A DNA stretch of 64,000 bases from an uncultured Acidobacteriota bacterium. GTDB lineage: Bacteria; Acidobacteriota; Vicinamibacteria; Vicinamibacterales; JAFNAJ01. The position numbers and the translations under genes were made by a program. Positions 58,602 through 64,000 of this stretch are shown here, one piece after another (within the stretch, counting starts at the first letter, position 1; each line of letters starts with the position of its first letter). The notes beneath the pieces are model-generated. The model was not told where the DNA came from. It was given only the letters and a program-made list of their open reading frames with translations, and ran no database searches. The stretch covers positions 391,462 through 455,461 of the forward strand of contig CAVONI010000001.1 of NCBI GenBank assembly GCA_963697285.1. The letters run 5' to 3'.

Positions 58602-58838
58602 CGACGAACAGAAGGGGCCGTCGACGAACAGAAGGGGTCGTGTCTTTCATTGCTGCATTTTGCTGCAATGCAAGACGTGACCCCTTCGTGCGTTTCCCGC
58701 CCCGACGCGCCCCGACGGGCCGCGACGCTTGGCCGCGTGTGCGCGAATAATGGCGCATTCTGCGCAGAGGGGTGGGGTCAGGTCTTGCGTTTTGCTGCAA
58801 TGAAAGACGTGACCCCTACGGGGCTTGACCCCTACGGG
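58602..58838. repeat. Cluster of REP-like imperfect palindromes and short direct repeats between convergent genes
   Basis: CGACGAACAGAAGGGG occurs twice (58602, 58622). Palindromes GAAGGGGTCGTGTCTTTCATTGC...GCAATGCAAGACGTGACCCCTTC (58631-58687) and GGGGTCAGGTCTTGC...GCAATGAAAGACGTGACCCC (58774-58816). TGACCCCTACGGGG occurs twice. Confidence 0.7.
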
Positions 58839-60040
58839 GTTTTCGCGGCGAGGATGCGCTGCACGAGGCCGTCGAGGGCGCTGCTCTCGATCCAGCGGGC
58901 GACGACCACCAGGTCGTTGACGGGATCGCAGTAGATCACGTTGGTGCCGTTGCCTAGGTGATACCAGACCTCGGCCGGGGCGCTCGGCAACGCCTTGCGG
59001 TCGGTGTTGAGGAAGTAGTTCATGTAGCCGTACAGCGGGTTGGCCCCACCGGGCGTCCGCGCCTGGCGGACCCACTGCTCCGACAACAGCTGCGCGCCAC
59101 CCCACTTGCCGTTGCGCAGGGTCAGCAGCCCGAACCGCGCCATGTCTTCGGCGTTGATGAACATCCCCCCGCCCCAGTGACCGCCGCCGCCCACCGCGTG
59201 CATCATCACGCCGTCGATGTTCACCCACGCGGCGTCGTACCCCTGCCACTGCCACGACCGCGACGCGCCGATCGGATCCATGATCTGCTCGCGCAGCACC
59301 TGCGGCAGCGGACGCCGCCACACGTGCAACGCCGCCAGCGCGAGCGCGTTCACGCGGACGTCGTTGTACTTGTAGACCGTCCCCGGCGCATTCCGCGGCC
59401 GCGTCATCCACGTCGACGCATCGCCCTGCGGGCGGTCGGCCCAGTCGGGCTTGCCCCAGAGCGTGCCCTCCCAGTCGCTGGTCTGGCGGAGCAGGTGATC
59501 CCACGTGATGGCGCGGTTGTGCTCGGAGGCAAACTCCGGGATGGGCACCGACACCGACACCCGCTCGTTCACGTCCCGGAGCAGGCCCCGGTCGAACGCG
59601 AGACCGACGACCGTCGAGACGAAGCTCTTGGTGACGCTGAACGTCATGTCGACGCGCGCCGGCTCGCCCCACTCGGCGACGATGTAGCCCTTGTGGATGA
59701 CGAGGCCCGACGCAGGTCCGCGCTCCTTCAACGGGCCAATGGGCGCGTCGTACGGCTCGCGTCCCCACTGGAGGTAGTGCGCGACGGCCAGGTCGCGCGG
59801 GCTCTTGCTCTCCTGCTGCTGCGCGAACGCCACGGCCTCGGCGATCTTCGCCCCGTCGAACCCGGCGTCGGCGGGCGCGCGGTGCTCCCACGCACCCCGG
59901 GGCGGAACGTACGGCGCAGCAACGGCCGCGGCGGGAGGCGCGGTCGTGGCCCGGCGTGCCTGCGCCGCCACCGGCAGCGCGGCGACAGACAGCATCAGGG
60001 TCGACAGGAGGACGCGGCAGACCACGAGTCGGATGCGCAT
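58832..60040 (-). CDS. Secreted serine hydrolase, beta-lactamase class C/AmpC-like family
   Basis: Signal peptide, SxxK (FSVTKS), [11 protein letters not shown], YxN-like (PGTVYKYND), [17 protein letters not shown] and HLGNG. Confidence 0.92.
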   Translation of the reverse strand: MRIRLVVCRVLLSTLMLSVAALPVAAQARRATTAPPAAAVAAPYVPPRGAWEHRAPADAGFDGAKIAEAVAFAQQQESKSPRDLAVAHYLQWGREPYDAPIGPLKERGPASGLVIHKGYIVAEWGEPARVDMTFSVTKSFVSTVVGLAFDRGLLRDVNERVSVSVPIPEFASEHNRAITWDHLLRQTSDWEGTLWGKPDWADRPQGDASTWMTRPRNAPGTVYKYNDVRVNALALAALHVWRRPLPQVLREQIMDPIGASRSWQWQGYDAAWVNIDGVMMHAVGGGGHWGGGMFINAEDMARFGLLTLRNGKWGGAQLLSEQWVRQARTPGGANPLYGYMNYFLNTDRKALPSAPAEVWYHLGNGTNVIYCDPVNDLVVVARWIESSALDGLVQRILAAKTP

Positions 60041-60163
60041 GGCGAGAATCTATCACCGCGCGACAATTGGCAGGGGCAGGGGATGGGCGACATCCCTGCG
60101 GGGCGCATGACGGACCCGCGCCTCCGGTTACAATCACCGCGCCACCATCCAGAAGGACAGCCC

Positions 60164-62143
60164 ATGATGCTCAGCTCCATCCGCCGCACCGTACTCCTCG
60201 TCGCGCTTGCCCTCACCCTCGCCGCACCGCTGGCTTCGGCCCAGCCGCAGGGCGCGCTGTCACCACAGGACATCCAGCGGCGCCTGGATCTCGAGAAGGA
60301 ACTCCAGTCCCTCGCCATCGTCGAGCGCCGGGTGATGATGCCCATGCGCGACGGCGTCCGCCTCGCCACCGACATCTACCGCCCGAAGAACGCCACCGGC
60401 CCCGTGCCGATCGTCTTCGTGAAGACGCCCTACAACTTCAACTTCTGGGATGTCCGTAACGGCGTGCCGGCAGACATGAACAACATCCTGACGGCGATCA
60501 AGCGCGGCTACGCGTACGTCGGGCAGAACGAGCGCGGCCACTTCTTCTCGGAGGGGAACTACGACATCCTCGGCGCCCCGATCACCGACGGCTACGACAC
60601 GCTGGAGTGGCTGTCGAAGCAGCCGTGGTCGAACGGCAAGGTGGGAACGACCGGGTGCTCGTCGACCGCGGAGTGGCAGCCGGCCGTGGCGTCGCTGGGA
60701 CACCCGGCGTTTGCCGCAATGAACGTCCAGGGATTCGGGGCCGGCGTCGGCAAGGTCGGGCCCTATTACGAGCAGGGCAACTGGTATCGCGGCGGCGCGG
60801 TGCAGATGCTGTTCATCACGTGGCTCTACGGCGAGCAGAACCAGGTGCGCCCGATGTTCCCGCGCGACACGTCACAGGCTGACCTCATCGCCGCCTCCCG
60901 GCTCTTCGATCTCGCTCCGCGCATGCCGCCGGTCGACTGGAGCAAGGCGCTGTGGACGCTGCCTTCGCAGGACATCCTGAAGAACGTGCAGGGCCCGCGC
61001 GGGATCTTCGCCGACCGGATGCCCGTCGACACCGGCGGCGCGATGATGCAGCGCACGCCGAACGATCCGGCCTGGTACAAGGGCGGACTCTGGCACGAGA
61101 CGATGCCGCTCAACGTGCCGGGGCTGTGGTTCATGTCGTGGTACGACGTGTCGGTCGGCCCGAACCTCGAGATGTTCAACCACGTCCGCAAGACGGCCCG
61201 GGGCGCGGTCGCCGATCAGCAGTGGGCGATCATCGCGCCGGTCGCGCACTGTTCGTACACGCGTGCGGCCGAGGACACGGTTGTCGGCGAGCGCAGCATG
61301 GGTGACGCGAGGCTCGACTACAACGAGATCGTGTACGGGTTCTTCGACAAGTTCCTCAAGGGTGAAACGGCCACGCGCCTCGACAAGCTGCCACGGGTCA
61401 CCTACTTCACGATGGGCCTGAACAAGTGGCAGACGTCAGAGACGTGGCCGCCGGCGGGGGCGCAGCCGATGACGCTCTATCTCTCGAGCAACGGCAGCGC
61501 GAACTCGCTCTACGGCGACGGGGCGCTCGCCTCGGCTCCGCCGGCCACGGGCAAGCCCGACACGTTCGTGTACGACCCGCTGAACCCGGTGACCTCGTAC
61601 GGCGGCAACGTGTGCTGCACGGGCACCGCCATCCAGGCGGGGTCGTTCGACCAGCGCAAGATGGAGAGCCGCGCAGACGTGCTCGTCTACACGTCTGAGG
61701 CGTTCACCGAGGGCCTCGAGGTGAGCGGCCCGATTACGCCGACGCTGTACGTCTCGTCAGACGCCAAGGACACCGACTTCACGGTGAAGGTGCTCGACGT
61801 CTATCCCGACGGGCGCGCCTACAACCTCGACGAGTCGATCCAGCGGATGCGTTACCGCGACGGCTACGACAAGCCGGTCGTGTGGATGGAGAAGGACAAG
61901 GTCTACAAGGTGACGCTGCAGCCGCTCAACACGAGCAACTACTTCGCCCCCGGCCACCGGCTGCGGATTGAAGTGTCGAGCAGCAACTTCCCCCGCTTCG
62001 ACCGCAACCTGAACACGGGCGGCAACAACTACGACGAGGCCACCGGCGTGGTCGCGCGCAACGTCGTGCACCATTCGAAGCAATACCCGTCGAGCATCAC
62101 GATCACGGTGGTGAAGAAAGCGGGGACGTCGTCGGCGATGTAG
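60164..62143 (+). CDS. Secreted CocE/NonD-family hydrolase (peptidase S15-like)
   Basis: Signal peptide from ATG 60164 (AGAAGGA RBS). [30 protein letters not shown] nucleophile elbow, [13 protein letters not shown] and [17 protein letters not shown]. Confidence 0.93.
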   Translation: MMLSSIRRTVLLVALALTLAAPLASAQPQGALSPQDIQRRLDLEKELQSLAIVERRVMMPMRDGVRLATDIYRPKNATGPVPIVFVKTPYNFNFWDVRNGVPADMNNILTAIKRGYAYVGQNERGHFFSEGNYDILGAPITDGYDTLEWLSKQPWSNGKVGTTGCSSTAEWQPAVASLGHPAFAAMNVQGFGAGVGKVGPYYEQGNWYRGGAVQMLFITWLYGEQNQVRPMFPRDTSQADLIAASRLFDLAPRMPPVDWSKALWTLPSQDILKNVQGPRGIFADRMPVDTGGAMMQRTPNDPAWYKGGLWHETMPLNVPGLWFMSWYDVSVGPNLEMFNHVRKTARGAVADQQWAIIAPVAHCSYTRAAEDTVVGERSMGDARLDYNEIVYGFFDKFLKGETATRLDKLPRVTYFTMGLNKWQTSETWPPAGAQPMTLYLSSNGSANSLYGDGALASAPPATGKPDTFVYDPLNPVTSYGGNVCCTGTAIQAGSFDQRKMESRADVLVYTSEAFTEGLEVSGPITPTLYVSSDAKDTDFTVKVLDVYPDGRAYNLDESIQRMRYRDGYDKPVVWMEKDKVYKVTLQPLNTSNYFAPGHRLRIEVSSSNFPRFDRNLNTGGNNYDEATGVVARNVVHHSKQYPSSITITVVKKAGTSSAM

Positions 62144-62154
62144 TCAATGGCACC

Positions 62155-62496
62155 ATGCCACCACGGATCGCACGGGTCATCCTCGGCGTGCTCTGTCCCG
62201 GATACCTGCTGATCTACCTTTTTGTGCTCGTCGTGGCCCTGGCGACGAGCGGGGCGGGCCTGGTCGGCTCGGGTGGCGCATGGTACGCCGCAATCGCGCC
62301 CGTGTTCTACGTCAGCCTGGCAGGCGCGTACGCCTACCGCCTCGTGTCCCGCCAGTTCCCGATGGCTGCATGGCTCGCGCTCCACGTGTTGATGCTGCCA
62401 GCGCTGGCCTATTCGTTCCTGGGGCTGGGCCTGCTCCTGCCGGTGTTCTCGGGCCTCTGGTGGTGGATGTCTCGCGAACAGGCCGAGCCGGCCTGA
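62155..62496 (+). CDS. Small hypothetical membrane protein (about 4 hydrophobic segments)
   Basis: 113-aa hydrophobic ORF starting 11 bp after the CocE stop; fills the intergenic space. Confidence 0.6.
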   Translation: MPPRIARVILGVLCPGYLLIYLFVLVVALATSGAGLVGSGGAWYAAIAPVFYVSLAGAYAYRLVSRQFPMAAWLALHVLMLPALAYSFLGLGLLLPVFSGLWWWMSREQAEPA

Positions 62497-62563
62497 CCGA
62501 GCGGCGGGCGTTCTGGACGGGCTGCCGTATACTGTAGTGTAAGCGACACGACAGGAGAGGTGC

Positions 62564-62830
62564 ATGCCCAAGCATGGAGGGTCGACGGTGCTGACGCTGC
62601 GAGTGCCGGATGCCGTGGATCGCCGCATTCAACAGGAGGCGCGGCGCACGCGGCGAACGAAGAGTGCTGTGATGCGCGACGCGCTGCAGCAGGCGTTCGG
62701 CGATGCGCCGCCGCCGGAGGATCCCGCCAAGGAGGCCCGCCGTCAGTCGCTGCTCGTGAGCGGTCGGGCGTCGGAGACAGACGCCATCGCATTCGTCGAG
62801 CACGCCGGCGACCAGCGGGGCTGGCGATGA
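62564..62830 (+). CDS. Type II antitoxin, ribbon-helix-helix (CopG-like) with MazE/DUF3018-like C-terminus
   Basis: RHH pattern VLTLRVPDAVDRRIQQEARRTRRTKSAVMRDAL, then EARRQSLLVS. AGGAGAGG RBS. ATGA overlap with the toxin. Confidence 0.85.
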   Translation: MPKHGGSTVLTLRVPDAVDRRIQQEARRTRRTKSAVMRDALQQAFGDAPPPEDPAKEARRQSLLVSGRASETDAIAFVEHAGDQRGWR

Positions 62831-63156
62831 AGCGTGGCGCCATCGTCGTCGTTGCGGCGCGCGGTGCCTACACGGGCAAGCCTCGGCCGGCGGTGATCGT
62901 GCAGTCCGACCTCTTCAACCCGACCCATGCCAGCATCACGATCTGCCCGGTCACCTCGGATTGCGTGGACGCACCGCTGTTTCGCCTTACCCTGCCGCCA
63001 GGGTCCCGCACGGGACTGAAGGTCGTGTCGCAGGTCATGCTCGACAAGATCGTCAGCGTGCCACGCGCAGCGGTCACCGGCGAGATCGGCGAGTGCGACG
63101 CCAGGGAACTGGAGGCCCTGCAGGATGGGCTGCGCCGCTGGCTGCAACTCGACTGA
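62827..63156 (+). CDS. mazF: Type II toxin, PemK/MazF-family endoribonuclease
   Basis: MKRGAIV...GKPRPAVIVQSDLFN...ITICPVTS...SQVMLDKIVSVPR. Starts at ATG 62827, overlapping the antitoxin stop. Confidence 0.92.
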   Translation: MKRGAIVVVAARGAYTGKPRPAVIVQSDLFNPTHASITICPVTSDCVDAPLFRLTLPPGSRTGLKVVSQVMLDKIVSVPRAAVTGEIGECDARELEALQDGLRRWLQLD

Positions 63157-63206
63157 CGGGCAACCAGAGAGTCGCGCGCGCTCTCGCCTGGCCCGTAGCC
63201 CGGCGT

Positions 63207-63464
63207 TCACTGCGCCGACAGCCACACGGCGCGACGCACGACTTCGGCCAGGAACGCCACGCTGACGCTCGCGACAATGGCCGGCTCCAGCCGGGCAAGC
63301 CAGGAGGCGACACGCGGCCGCGATGCCGCCTGCCTCGGATGGAGCCGCTCGAGGCCGTCGTGCGCCCGCTGCCGAATGCGTTCTGCTCGTGCAGGTGCCA
63401 CGTCGAGCGTTACCAGGGCGCCGAGCATCCGCCGCACGTCGTCGTGTTCGTCGTGGGTGGTCAT
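63207..63464 (-). CDS. Small membrane-anchored protein, putative anti-sigma factor
   Basis: ATGA overlap with the ECF sigma stop. Charged helical N-terminus and a C-terminal hydrophobic helix (PAIVASVSVAFLAEVV). Confidence 0.65.
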   Translation of the reverse strand: MTTHDEHDDVRRMLGALVTLDVAPARAERIRQRAHDGLERLHPRQAASRPRVASWLARLEPAIVASVSVAFLAEVVRRAVWLSAQ

Positions 63465-64000
63465 GGTGACACGTCCAGTTCCTGCATCAACCTGGCGCGG
63501 GCCCTCGCCAGGCGTTGGCGAAACGCCTCGGGCCTGATCCCGCAGACCCCGGCGGCTTCAGTTGGCGTCAACTCGTCTTCGCCGACCAGGAGCAGCACGT
63601 CGCGGTCGCCGGCGGGGAGCCGCGACAACGCGCGCTCCACGCGGTGCGCGCGTTCGTCGGCCGCCGCAATGTCGAACGGCGAGGGGCCGGCCGCTTCGTC
63701 GGCCCGCGGCCACGCCGACGACACCACGCACCCGTCCTCGATGTCGCGCGACCGGCAATAGCTCCAGAACAACCGGCGCGCGACCGTGAAGAGCCACGCG
63801 GCCAGGCGCGTGTCGGGCCGCAGCCGTCCGGCGTGCATCACCAGGCGCAGCCACGTCTCTTCCAGCAGATCCTCGGCAACCTCGCGCCGATGGCTCACCC
63901 TCAGGAGGTAGCCATACAGGCGCGCGCGATACGCGTCGTAGACGACGTCGAACGCGGCAGCATCGCCCGCGCGCAGTCGCTCGACCAGGGCGAGTTCCTG
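63461..64000 (-). CDS. ECF-subfamily sigma-70 factor (5'-truncated by the window edge)
   Basis: The frame is open from 64000: ELALVERLRAGDAAAFDVVYDAYRARLYGYL. Region 2 AEDLLEETWL...AWLFTVARR and region 4 ALSRLP...EAAGVCGI...RLARAR. Confidence 0.92.
   Translation of the reverse strand, partial: QELALVERLRAGDAAAFDVVYDAYRARLYGYLLRVSHRREVAEDLLEETWLRLVMHAGRLRPDTRLAAWLFTVARRLFWSYCRSRDIEDGCVVSSAWPRADEAAGPSPFDIAAADERAHRVERALSRLPAGDRDVLLLVGEDELTPTEAAGVCGIRPEAFRQRLARARARLMQELDVSP

Noticed and set aside
58958-60163. N-terminal 400-aa extension of the CocE ORF
   Set aside because: Antisense to the serine hydrolase gene; the real start with RBS and signal peptide is at 60164.

Overview
High-GC bacterial DNA. 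Gene content suggests Acidobacteriota (Vicinamibacterales-like); this is inference only. The first ~50 kb is a tandemly duplicated ~30-kb cassette on the + strand encoding two different giant secreted multidomain proteins plus dedicated extracytoplasmic folding factors. Copy 1 is giant B1 (C-terminal part only), a parvulin-type PPIase, giant A1 (~5,090 aa) and a CxxC thioredoxin-like protein. Copy 2 is giant B2 (~4,570 aa, with five near-identical 276-bp PKD repeats), giant A2 (~5,090 aa), a CxxC thioredoxin-like protein and a CxxC-less paralog. A convergent secreted S8 subtilase follows. The giants and the protease are split in the ORF track by six single-base indels and one 68-bp repeat remnant, which look like assembly errors. 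The last ~11 kb holds glgB, a Gly-rich secreted protein, an OPT transporter, REP-like palindromes, a beta-lactamase-family serine hydrolase, a CocE/NonD hydrolase, a small membrane protein, an RHH-antitoxin/MazF toxin pair and a partial ECF sigma/anti-sigma pair. No rRNA, tRNA, CRISPR array, integrase or transposase was seen. All domain calls are by eye from motifs; no searches were run.
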